Part shown: piece after piece, positions 56,113-64,000 of the stretch | Layout of the letters: each line of letters opens with the position of its first letter | Position numbering within the stretch: position 1 is the stretch's first letter | Assembly: GCA_043814315.1 (NCBI GenBank) | Contig: JBDRKE010000033.1 | Location: 10,422-74,421, forward strand | Direction: 5' to 3' | Source of the DNA: Candidatus Omnitrophota bacterium | Lineage (GTDB): Bacteria; Omnitrophota; Gorgyraeia; Gygaellales; Profunditerraquicolaceae | Length of the DNA: 64,000 nucleotides | Made by a program: the position numbers and the translations under genes | The notes under the pieces: generated by a model | Told to the model about the DNA's origin: nothing | The model's input: only the letters and a program-made list of their open reading frames with translations | The model's database searches: none

Positions 56113-58482
56113 ATGCGAAGAATATCCCTTGTCGTTTTTTTTATTTTGTGCGCGAGCTTAATATTTACGCCTTTTTCTTTTTTATCTGCCCAATCTGAAT
56201 CCGAACAAAACCCTCCTGCCTCAGGCTCCACAACTCCTTTCGTCACAGCCATCGAAGTCCAGGGCAATAAAACCATAAGCTCCAATACGGTTATATCTAA
56301 AATGAAGACCAGGGTCGGCAGCCCTTACCAGGAGAACGTCATTAGCGACGATTTGAAGCGGCTTTACCTGCTGGGGTTTTTTAGCGATATCAAAATCGAT
56401 ACGACGGATTACAAGGACGGCCTTAAAGTCGTTATAAACGTTGTGGAAAGGCCCATCATCGAGAAAATAACCTTTTCAGAATTGAGGCGCTTACGGACCA
56501 CTTCGGAAAAACTCAAGAAAGATCTGAAGTCTAAAGAAACGCAGTATTTGGATTATCCGGATCTTGCCGAAGATGTCCGCACCCTGCAGAAGAGGTACGA
56601 AAAAATCGGCTACAGCCAGGCCAAGGTTGATTATGAGGTCGATATCGACGAAAAGACGAATAAGGCCAAGGTGCGGTTTAACATAGAAGAGAGCAGGAAG
56701 GTGCGTATCAAAGATATCTTTACAAAAGGTAACTACGCTTTTTCCAGGAATCGCATCCTGCGGTTGATAAAGACGAAAAGGGCATGGATATTTAATCCGG
56801 GCGTCTTAAAGGAAGACGTGCTTAAAGAGGATATGGAGCGTATAAAATCTTTCTACCATAAGGCCGGTTTTACCGACGTAGCATTAGATTATGAAGTCAC
56901 CCCAGATCCCTTGAGGCCCTACCTGTTGCATATCCGCATCAAGATTGAAGAGGGGAAAAGATATTTGGTAGGCAATATCAATGTCCAGGGCCATAAGGAT
57001 ATCGAACTCAGCGAGATTTTAGATAGCCTAAAAGAATGTGTGCCGGTAAAGGTCTTTAGTAAAGAAGCCTTGCAGATGGACGTCGCCAATATCAAGAGCC
57101 TGTATTTTGACCGCGGCTATATATCCTGTCAGGTCCAGGAAACGACTTCCGTCAATACGTATACGGGGCGGGTGGACATCCTTTACACTATCGCCGAGCA
57201 TGAAATAGCCTATATAGATAAGATCAAGATCAGAGGGAATGTTAAGACCAGGGATGTGGTCATCCGCAGGGAATTAAGGATACTTCCCGGGGACAGGTTC
57301 GATGGGGAGAAGCTCAGGCGCAGCCGTGAAAGACTTCAGAACCTGGGGTTTTTCGAACAGGTAGGTTACGATACCGAAGATGCGGATGCGGCTGACAGAA
57401 AGAATCTCGTGGTGGATGTGAAAGAGACCAAGACAGGGGCCTTTAGTTTTGGCGGCGGCTACAGCACGGTCGACAAATTTATAGGTTTTATTGAGGTGGA
57501 ACAGAAGAATTTCGACTGGAAGAATTTCCCTTATTTTACCGGTGCGGGCCAGGACTTGAGATTGCGGGCTTCCTTCGGGACGATCAGCAGCGGTTTTGAT
57601 TTAAGTTACACGAATCCGTGGGTATTTGATTATCCGGTGAGTTTTGGTTTTGATGCCTATCGGCATACCCGCGAACGCGAGGAAGACGTGGGCTATGCCT
57701 ACGATGAGAAGATAACCGGGGGAGACCTGAGGCTCGGCAAAGAGATATCAGAATACGTCAGGGGCAATATCATGTATCGCCATGACGTTATAGATATTTC
57801 CAACGTTGACCCGGCGGCCTCAAATGCGCTGCACAAGGAAGCCGGCACCAATACGGTCAGCAGCCTGACGCCGGGGCTTACTTTTGACAATCGCGATAAT
57901 GTCTTTAGCCCCCGAAAGGGAGATTTGATAAGCGGTTCTTTTGAGTTAGCCGGCGGGCCCTTTGCAGGGAACAAGGATTTCTGGAAATTCAATAGCCGTT
58001 TTTCGCATTACTTCCCTTTACCTAAAGATTCTGCCCTTGAGATGCGCGCGAGGGTGGGCGCAGGTGAACCTTACGGCGATTCTGAGGAGATTCCGATATA
58101 CGAAAGATTCTTTTCCGGCGGTGCTTATACCATTAGAGGTTATGAGGAAAGGTCCATAGGGCCGGTGGATCCTTTGACCTATGACCCCTTAGGCGGGCAG
58201 GCGTTTTTGGTGGGGAATCTTGAGTACACCTTGCCGCTGTATCAGGCCACCGACAAAAGCTTTAAGATCAGCATGGCGGCATTTTATGACACGGGAAACG
58301 TTTGGGCAAAGTTAAGCAATATTGGGTCCGGAAGTTTTTACTCCGGTATGGGATTCGGCGTCCGGCTCAAGACGCCTATCGGCCCGATTATGGTTGATTA
58401 CGGGATACCTTTAAATAAAGCGCCTGGAGAACAGGATAAGGGTAGCGGCAGGCTGCATTTCAGCGCAGGGCACGCGTTCTAA
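56113..58482 (+). CDS. bamA: outer membrane protein assembly factor BamA
   Basis: Signal peptide, POTRA repeats (I.V.GN......I), and a C-terminal Omp85 barrel ending ..HFSAGHAF. Confidence 0.9.
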   Translation: MRRISLVVFFILCASLIFTPFSFLSAQSESEQNPPASGSTTPFVTAIEVQGNKTISSNTVISKMKTRVGSPYQENVISDDLKRLYLLGFFSDIKIDTTDYKDGLKVVINVVERPIIEKITFSELRRLRTTSEKLKKDLKSKETQYLDYPDLAEDVRTLQKRYEKIGYSQAKVDYEVDIDEKTNKAKVRFNIEESRKVRIKDIFTKGNYAFSRNRILRLIKTKRAWIFNPGVLKEDVLKEDMERIKSFYHKAGFTDVALDYEVTPDPLRPYLLHIRIKIEEGKRYLVGNINVQGHKDIELSEILDSLKECVPVKVFSKEALQMDVANIKSLYFDRGYISCQVQETTSVNTYTGRVDILYTIAEHEIAYIDKIKIRGNVKTRDVVIRRELRILPGDRFDGEKLRRSRERLQNLGFFEQVGYDTEDADAADRKNLVVDVKETKTGAFSFGGGYSTVDKFIGFIEVEQKNFDWKNFPYFTGAGQDLRLRASFGTISSGFDLSYTNPWVFDYPVSFGFDAYRHTREREEDVGYAYDEKITGGDLRLGKEISEYVRGNIMYRHDVIDISNVDPAASNALHKEAGTNTVSSLTPGLTFDNRDNVFSPRKGDLISGSFELAGGPFAGNKDFWKFNSRFSHYFPLPKDSALEMRARVGAGEPYGDSEEIPIYERFFSGGAYTIRGYEERSIGPVDPLTYDPLGGQAFLVGNLEYTLPLYQATDKSFKISMAAFYDTGNVWAKLSNIGSGSFYSGMGFGVRLKTPIGPIMVDYGIPLNKAPGEQDKGSGRLHFSAGHAF

Positions 58483-58490
58483 GCGAGGGT

Positions 58491-58661
58491 GAACTTACCC
58501 CCCCACCACTTTTTGTAACAAGCGCGTGATTTACTAAATAGGGGGCGAGGGGTAGCTATACCGAAGGATCTTATTTCAAGTGTATTCTCAAAAAGTGGTG
58601 GGGGGTTAATTCGCGCATTAACTTACGTCGTGCTTCGCACTCCGTAAGTTAAGCGCTCATT
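58491..58661 (+). repeat. two-hairpin 5'-UTR element, copy E1 (upstream of skp)
   Basis: ccccccaccactttttg/caaaaagtggtgggggg forms a 17-bp stem, then TTAATTCG, then the hairpin cgcattaacttacg...cgtaagttaagcg, then CTCATTAAA and the SD. Confidence 0.7.
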
Positions 58662-58677
58662 AAAAGGAGGAGGAAAG

Positions 58678-59187
58678 ATGAGAAAGGCTTCAGCAGCTTT
58701 TTGGGTAACGCTTTTTTGTTTAACCTTATTGGTAAAACCGGCCTTTGCGGCCGATAAATTTGCCTATGTTGATTTAAGCCGCATTTTCAGCGAATACGGC
58801 AAGACAAAAGATTACGATAAGATTTTGACGGATAAAGAGAATGTCTATAGCACGGACAGAGAGAAGAAGGTCAATGAGATAAAGCAATTTCAGGATAAAT
58901 TGAATCTATTAAGCGAGAAAGAAAAAGAAACAAAGAAAGGAGACCTGGAGACGAGAATCAAGACCCTTCAGGAGTTTGACCGGGAGAAGCAGACAGATCT
59001 ACGCAAAGAGCAAGACGAAAGAATGAAAGAAATCCTTAAGGATATCGAAGAGGTCGTTAAGCAGTATTCCGAAAAAGAGGGCTACACCTTGGTTTTTAAT
59101 GACCGTGTTTTAGTCTATCAGAATAAGACGATGGATATCACAGACAAGGTCATAGAGATTTTAAGCAAAGGATACAAGAAGCAATGA
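58678..59187 (+). CDS. skp: OmpH/Skp periplasmic chaperone
   Basis: Signal peptide, K/E-rich coiled-coil body, position between bamA and lpxD. Confidence 0.85.
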   Translation: MRKASAAFWVTLFCLTLLVKPAFAADKFAYVDLSRIFSEYGKTKDYDKILTDKENVYSTDREKKVNEIKQFQDKLNLLSEKEKETKKGDLETRIKTLQEFDREKQTDLRKEQDERMKEILKDIEEVVKQYSEKEGYTLVFNDRVLVYQNKTMDITDKVIEILSKGYKKQ

Positions 59188-59279
59188 TGCCATCATAGCC
59201 TGCGATGTGCGAGTTCATCATCTAGGCAAACGTTCCATTCAAACAACCCCTGGTCTTCGGGGTTGTTTGCTCATCTGAT

Positions 59280-60317
59280 ATGCGTAAAACCTTAAGAGAG
59301 ATTGCCAAGATTATCGAGGGAGAGGTTGTGGGAGACCCCGACGTGCTGATTACGGGAATCTCGGGGATAAAAGAGGCCCGCGAAGGAGATATCACATTTC
59401 TGGCGAACCCCAAGTATGCAACGCTCGCGGAGACGACGCGCGCCTCAGCCATCATCACCTCCGAAGACGAGCGGGGCTTATCCAAACCCGTTATCCGTAC
59501 GGCAAATCCTTCTTTGGCGTTCGTCAAGATCGTTGAGGCCTTTTTGCCTTCCGAGGTCAATCGCCCGCAAGGAATACATCCTACGGCTGTTATAGGCAAA
59601 GGCGTAACTTTTGGCGAGGACGTCGCTGTCGGGCCGTATACCGTCATCGAAGAGGGCGTGTCTATCGGCGACAAAACAATCATTTACTCAGGCTGTTTTG
59701 TGGGGTATTCCAGCAGGATAGGCCCTAGCGCCTTGATATATCCCCATGTCTCCATCCGTGAACAGACGCATATTGGAAGCCGCGTTATCATACATAGTGG
59801 TGCGGTTATCGGTTCTGACGGGTTCGGTTTTGTAACCATTAAGGGCGTGCATCATAAAATCCCGCAGGTTGGCAGCGTCGAAATAGGGGATGATGTAGAG
59901 ATCGGAGCTAATGTCACTATCGACCGCGCCCGGTTCGATAAGACCGTGATTGCAAGCGGCACAAAAATTGACAATCTGGTCCAGATCGCCCATAATGTGG
60001 TGATCGGAGAAAATTCCATTATTGTGTCGCAGGCAGGTATTGCCGGAAGCGCGACCATCGGCCGGGGCGTTACCCTGGCAGGCCAAGTGGGGATCGTTGG
60101 GCATATCACTATCGGAGACAGGGCCGTAGTCATGGGGCAGTCGGGGGTGACAAAGTCTATTGCTGCCGATACGATTGTTTGGGGGATGCCGGCAAAGCCG
60201 CATGCTTTCGCGAAACGCGTCAATGCCTGCATGCAGAATCTGCCTAAATTGTTTGAAACCGTAACACAGCTGAAGAAGAAAATAGAGGCATTAGAGGCTA
60301 AGTTAAGAGAAAGATAG
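59280..60317 (+). CDS. lpxD: UDP-3-O-acylglucosamine N-acyltransferase
   Basis: N-terminal LpxD domain plus hexapeptide repeats and a C-terminal helix; 345 aa. Confidence 0.92.
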   Translation: MRKTLREIAKIIEGEVVGDPDVLITGISGIKEAREGDITFLANPKYATLAETTRASAIITSEDERGLSKPVIRTANPSLAFVKIVEAFLPSEVNRPQGIHPTAVIGKGVTFGEDVAVGPYTVIEEGVSIGDKTIIYSGCFVGYSSRIGPSALIYPHVSIREQTHIGSRVIIHSGAVIGSDGFGFVTIKGVHHKIPQVGSVEIGDDVEIGANVTIDRARFDKTVIASGTKIDNLVQIAHNVVIGENSIIVSQAGIAGSATIGRGVTLAGQVGIVGHITIGDRAVVMGQSGVTKSIAADTIVWGMPAKPHAFAKRVNACMQNLPKLFETVTQLKKKIEALEAKLRER

Positions 60318-60380
60318 AAAGAGTAACCAGAAACTAGAGCACAGAAACCAGAAGGGTAAAAGAGGGAGATTGCGAAATAA

Positions 60381-61697
60381 ATGGAGAAACAAAGGACGAT
60401 TACTAAAGAATTAGCCTTAAGCGGTATAGGATTGCACACGGCCAAGAAGGTGAACATGGCCTTTAAGCCGGCCGAAGAGGACAGCGGCATCCAGTTTATC
60501 CGCGTGGACCTGCCCCGCAAGCCGGTGATCAGGGCTTGCGTAGAGAACCTGCTTTCTTCCACCCTTACGCCCCGACGCACCTCTATCGGCACGCAAGGTG
60601 TTGAAATACAGACCATCGAACATCTCATGGCATCCCTGGCAGGCTTAAGCATCGACAATATTGCTATCGAGCTGGATAATGACGAGGTCCCGGGATTGGA
60701 CGGCAGCAGTCTTAATTTCTTAGAGATCCTTTATGATGCCGGCATAAAAGAACAGAAAAAAGAGCGCCAGTATTATTCTATTAAAGAACCGATTTATGCC
60801 GAAGAGGAAGATTCGACCATCATTGCCCTGCCGTCATCTGAATTCAAGATTTCTTATACGCTCAATTACAACCACCCAATGCTTAAGACAGATTTTATGG
60901 AGTTGATGATTACTCCCGATGTATTTAAAAACGAAATCTGCCGTGCCAGGACTTTCTGCCTTGAGAACGAAGTCAACGAATTACAGCGCCAGGGCCTGGG
61001 CCGCGGAGCCAACTACAATAATACTCTTGTCTTAGGCGAGGAAGGGGTCATCAAGAATAAATTACGTTACGAAGACGAATTCATCCGCCATAAGATATTG
61101 GACCTCATGGGAGACCTGTATCTGGCGGGTTCTCCATTAAAGGCGCATATTATTGCCTTAAGAAGCGGCCACTCCTTGAATCTGAAATTAATCAGGAAGA
61201 TAGGCCAACAGAGGCAAAGGTCTTTTGCGGGGGGCGTAGGCTCAAGTTACCAGCCTAAGCAGGAAGAAGAATTGGGTTTAACGATGATTAAGAAGATTCT
61301 GCCGCATCGGGAGCCCTTTTTGTTCGTCGACAAAATAATTCATTTAGAACAGGGGAAGCACTGCGTGGGCATTAAGAACGTAACGATCAATGATTATTTT
61401 TTTAAAGGGCATTTTCCCGGTAGGCCCGTCATGCCGGGTGTCTTAATCGTGGAAGCCCTGGCTCAGGTGGGAGGCGTGATGATGCTTTCTCCGGAAGCCA
61501 ACCGCGGGAAGCTCGCCTATTTTATGTCCGCTAATAACATAAAATTCAGAAAAACGGTTATTCCCGGAGACCAGTTGGTGCTTGACGTAGAGGCGGGTAA
61601 AATCAAGGCAAGGACCGGCCAAGTCCGCGGCAAGGCCCTTGTGGATGGCAGGGTCGTGGCCGAAGCGGACCTCATGTTCGTGCTGGCCGATTCCTAA
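60381..61697 (+). CDS. lpxC: bifunctional UDP-3-O-acyl-GlcNAc deacetylase / 3-hydroxyacyl-ACP dehydratase (LpxC-FabZ fusion)
   Basis: SGIGLHT, TIEHLMA and HKILDLMGDL (LpxC) are followed by LPHREPFLFVD...HFPGRPVMPGVL (FabZ). Confidence 0.92.
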   Translation: MEKQRTITKELALSGIGLHTAKKVNMAFKPAEEDSGIQFIRVDLPRKPVIRACVENLLSSTLTPRRTSIGTQGVEIQTIEHLMASLAGLSIDNIAIELDNDEVPGLDGSSLNFLEILYDAGIKEQKKERQYYSIKEPIYAEEEDSTIIALPSSEFKISYTLNYNHPMLKTDFMELMITPDVFKNEICRARTFCLENEVNELQRQGLGRGANYNNTLVLGEEGVIKNKLRYEDEFIRHKILDLMGDLYLAGSPLKAHIIALRSGHSLNLKLIRKIGQQRQRSFAGGVGSSYQPKQEEELGLTMIKKILPHREPFLFVDKIIHLEQGKHCVGIKNVTINDYFFKGHFPGRPVMPGVLIVEALAQVGGVMMLSPEANRGKLAYFMSANNIKFRKTVIPGDQLVLDVEAGKIKARTGQVRGKALVDGRVVAEADLMFVLADS

Positions 61698-61779
61698 TGG
61701 GACATCGGGTGATCAGGATATCAGGATTTGGAGATCAGGTCCCCTGATATCCAAATCTCCTGAAAAGCTTAAACGTTAG

Positions 61780-62562
61780 ATGATTCACCCTACAGCGATT
61801 GTTTCTAAAAAAGCGAAATTAGATACCGATGTCACCGTCGGACCGTTTGCGGTTATCGGAGACGATGTGGCCATCGGCAAGGGAACTTTCATCGCAGCGC
61901 ATTGCGTCATTGAGGGTTATACGACAATCGGAAAGAACTGCCAGATTTTCTCCGGCGCTGTGGTAGGAAGCAGGCCTCAGGACCTCAAATATAAAGGCGA
62001 AAAGGTATACCTTGAGATAGGAGACGAAAATATCATCCGGGAATACTGCACGTTTAATCCCGGAACCCAGCAGGGCGCAAAGACCGTTATCGGCCACAAT
62101 AATCTCTTTATGGCTTATTCCCACATTGCCCACGATTGCGTTATAGGCCATCATTGCGTCATCGCCAATAACGGGACTTGCGCCGGATACGTTACGATCG
62201 AAGACAAAGCCATTATAGGCGGAATAGTAGCCATTCACCAGTTCGTCAGAATCGGCACCCTTTCCATCATCGGCGGATGTTCCAAGGTTGTTTCGGATAT
62301 CCCTCCGTTTTCAACCTGTGACGGACATCCGGCAGCCGTGTACGGCCTTAACATGGTGGGTTGTAAACGCAATAATGTCCCTAAAGAATCCATCGATCAG
62401 CTTCACCGCGCTTTTAAGATACTTTTTAATCAGGGCCTCACTCTTAAACACGGATTAGATAAGGTTCAAAAAGAAGTCAAACAGACCAAGGAAGTTATCT
62501 ACCTGGTTAATTTTATAAAGAACTCCCAGCGAGGCATCGCTCATTCCTGTCGAAAGAAGTAA
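61780..62562 (+). CDS. lpxA: acyl-ACP:UDP-GlcNAc O-acyltransferase
   Basis: IHPTAIV start, hexapeptide repeats and a C-terminal helical domain; 260 aa. Confidence 0.92.
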   Translation: MIHPTAIVSKKAKLDTDVTVGPFAVIGDDVAIGKGTFIAAHCVIEGYTTIGKNCQIFSGAVVGSRPQDLKYKGEKVYLEIGDENIIREYCTFNPGTQQGAKTVIGHNNLFMAYSHIAHDCVIGHHCVIANNGTCAGYVTIEDKAIIGGIVAIHQFVRIGTLSIIGGCSKVVSDIPPFSTCDGHPAAVYGLNMVGCKRNNVPKESIDQLHRAFKILFNQGLTLKHGLDKVQKEVKQTKEVIYLVNFIKNSQRGIAHSCRKK

Positions 62563-62741
62563 GTGAGGCCTAAACTTATGGAGCGCGCACCCGGCTTTAT
62601 ACCCACTCCACCATATCGGAGTGGTGGGTACGCCGCCTTCTGCGGCGGGATCAGCGGCACCCGGCCTTAAATGATAGGCTTAGTGTCTTGCCTCCTGCAA
62701 GATGTGCCGCTTCTGCGGCAAGCGAACATAAGTTTATGGCC

Positions 62742-62857
62742 GAACTTACCCCCCACCACCTTCAATATAGCATAGGCTATAGCGAAAGTGGTGGGGGGTC
62801 AATTCGCGCAGATAACTTACGTCGCGCCTTCAGCGCTTTGTAAGTTATGCGCTCATT
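62742..62857 (+). repeat. two-hairpin 5'-UTR element, copy E2 (upstream of lpxI)
   Basis: gaacttaccccccaccac...gtggtggggggTCAATTCGcgcagataacttac...gtaagttatgcgCTCATTGAA-ATG. Confidence 0.7.
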
Positions 62858-62859
62858 GA

Positions 62860-63663
62860 ATGGAAAAAATAGGCCTTATCGCAGGCAACAAAAAGTTTCC
62901 TCTGATTGTCGCGCAGGCGGCTAAGAAAAACAATTTTCATATTGTCGCAGTAGCCATCCGGCAAGATACATCGCGGCAGCTTGAGAAGTTTGTCGATAAG
63001 ATTTACTGGATAGGGCTGGATGAATTTATGCGGATGTGCGAGATATTTAAACGGGAAGGCATCCGTAAGGTTATGATGGCAGGCCAGATCAGTCCTGCCA
63101 GGCTTTTCAGCAAGGAAGTCGAGAGAAGCGAAGACTTAAAAAATCTACTGGCCAGCTTGAAAGACAAAAAAGCTGATACGATATTTGTTGCCGTCGCAGA
63201 GAAATTAAAAGAGTTTCAGATTGAATTATTGGACTCTACGGCTTTTGTAAAAGAACTCCTGCCCAAAAAAGGAACACTCACCAGGCGCGAACCCGATTCT
63301 TGGCAATGGGAGGATATTCATTTCGGATTCGATTTGGCTAAGGAGATTGCGCGTCTTGATATCGGCCAGACAGTAGCGGTGAAATCAAAAGCCGTGGTTG
63401 CGGTTGAAGCTCTGGAAGGGACGGATAACCTGATTCGCCGAGCCGCGAAAATTAGCCGCGGCGGTTTTTTGTTAGTCAAGGTCAGCAAACCCAGGCAGGA
63501 TATGCGTTTTGATATACCGGTCGTCGGCCTGAATACCGTAAAGAATCTGCTCAAAGCCAAGGCCAAGGGGTTGGCCATTGAAGCAGAAAAAACCCTTTTC
63601 ATAGATTTTGAGGAAAGCGTTAACTTAGCGGATAGAAAAGGGTTAGTTATTGTAGCCCTTTAG
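62860..63663 (+). CDS. lpxI: UDP-2,3-diacylglucosamine diphosphatase LpxI (DUF1009)
   Basis: IGLIAGNKKFP start, EALEGTD motif, and position after lpxA. Confidence 0.82.
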   Translation: MEKIGLIAGNKKFPLIVAQAAKKNNFHIVAVAIRQDTSRQLEKFVDKIYWIGLDEFMRMCEIFKREGIRKVMMAGQISPARLFSKEVERSEDLKNLLASLKDKKADTIFVAVAEKLKEFQIELLDSTAFVKELLPKKGTLTRREPDSWQWEDIHFGFDLAKEIARLDIGQTVAVKSKAVVAVEALEGTDNLIRRAAKISRGGFLLVKVSKPRQDMRFDIPVVGLNTVKNLLKAKAKGLAIEAEKTLFIDFEESVNLADRKGLVIVAL

Positions 63664-63726
63664 GCTAAGGCCAGCGTCTTGTCCTGTTTTGTCCCGGACA
63701 CAGATAGAAAGAGGCAGAAATTTCTC

Positions 63727-63755
63727 TTGACACAGCTTTAGTTGTTGTGTATAAC
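63727..63755 (+). promoter_or_regulatory. candidate sigma70 promoter
   Basis: TTGACA (63727-63732), 17-nt spacer, TATAAC (63750-63755). Confidence 0.5.
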
Positions 63756-63771
63756 TAAAACATCAAAGTTT

Positions 63772-63866
63772 ATCCCTCGCACCCAGCAGGAAATAGCCGG
63801 GTGCTCGGGATCAATTCGTCCCGCTTCTTGCAGTCTTGCGAATGCAAGAATGCAGCGGGGCTCATT
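63772..63866 (+). repeat. two-hairpin 5'-UTR element, copy E3 (also ATCCCTCGC...GGGAT family copy 3)
   Basis: atccc-tc-gcaccc...gggtgc-tc-gggat, TCAATTCG, the hairpin cccgct-tcttgca...tgcaaga-..agcggg, then CTCATTGAAGGAGG. Confidence 0.65.
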
Positions 63867-63879
63867 GAAGGAGGAACCC

Positions 63880-64000
63880 ATGGTAGTGGCGAGGGTAAAG
63901 ACGGCAGAATTCAAATTATATGCACCCCAGGCAAAAAAAGTCAGTATTGCCGGGACTTTTAATAATTGGGATACCAAGGCGCTTAGCGCAAAAAAGGATT
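63880..64000 (+). CDS. 5' end of a glycogen-binding (CBM48/AMPK-beta GBD-like) domain protein, truncated by window
   Basis: ATG after a gaaggagg SD. MVVARVKTAEFKLYAPQAKKVSIAGTFNNWD matches the F.L.AP.A..V.L.G.FN.W pattern of CBM48/E-set N-terminal domains. Confidence 0.55.
   Translation, partial: MVVARVKTAEFKLYAPQAKKVSIAGTFNNWDTKALSAKKD

Noticed and set aside
59688-60658. Long antisense ORFs opposite lpxD and lpxC (171 and 268 aa), and similar ones opposite glmU, prs, rplY, ilvD, leuA and others.
   Set aside because: They lie opposite strongly recognisable genes and have low-complexity or odd composition (hexapeptide-repeat mirror frames). They lack SD sequences and any family resemblance.

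Overview
This is a 64-kb chromosomal window from a diderm bacterium. The lineage cannot be fixed from sequence alone. The gene content (lpxD, lpxC-fabZ fusion, lpxA, lpxI, bamA, skp, four-subunit pyruvate:ferredoxin oxidoreductase, split transketolase) would fit an uncultured anaerobe, possibly PVC/Omnitrophota-like. Genetic code 11 applies, because TGA is a frequent genuine stop. Most of the window is housekeeping on the + strand: ahcY, pfkA, fba, ilvD-ilvB-ilvN-ilvC-leuA, aroE, pilD, malQ, ttcA, rmuC, cobB, ccdA/tlpA, pncB, porGDAB, hisG, tkt, ispE, spoVG, tRNA-Gln, glmU, prs, rplY, pth, rpsF-ssb-rpsR-rplI-dnaB and the lpx cluster. Notable points: (1) Two oppositely oriented paralogous giant secreted proteins (38398-43587 + and 16204-20088 -) share N- and C-terminal domains but carry unrelated internal modules, and the modules are separated by a junction conserved at the nucleotide level (GCCGCCGGCTCGCCGGTG = AAGSPV, and a 44-nt SGSPLEPE(T/S)ASS(A/V)ME junction). 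The minus copy carries an internal Tat-lipoprotein signal, HExxH and JAMM signatures, and a TGA at a conserved Trp codon. (2) PorB contains a 192-aa mini-intein. (3) An AT-rich membrane-protein cassette is flanked by perfect 21-bp direct repeats. (4) The ilvC 3' end is iterated four times in a hairpin-rich spacer. (5) Several families of intergenic hairpins show conserved loops or linkers with covarying stems. (6) ilvB has a frameshift in a G7 run.
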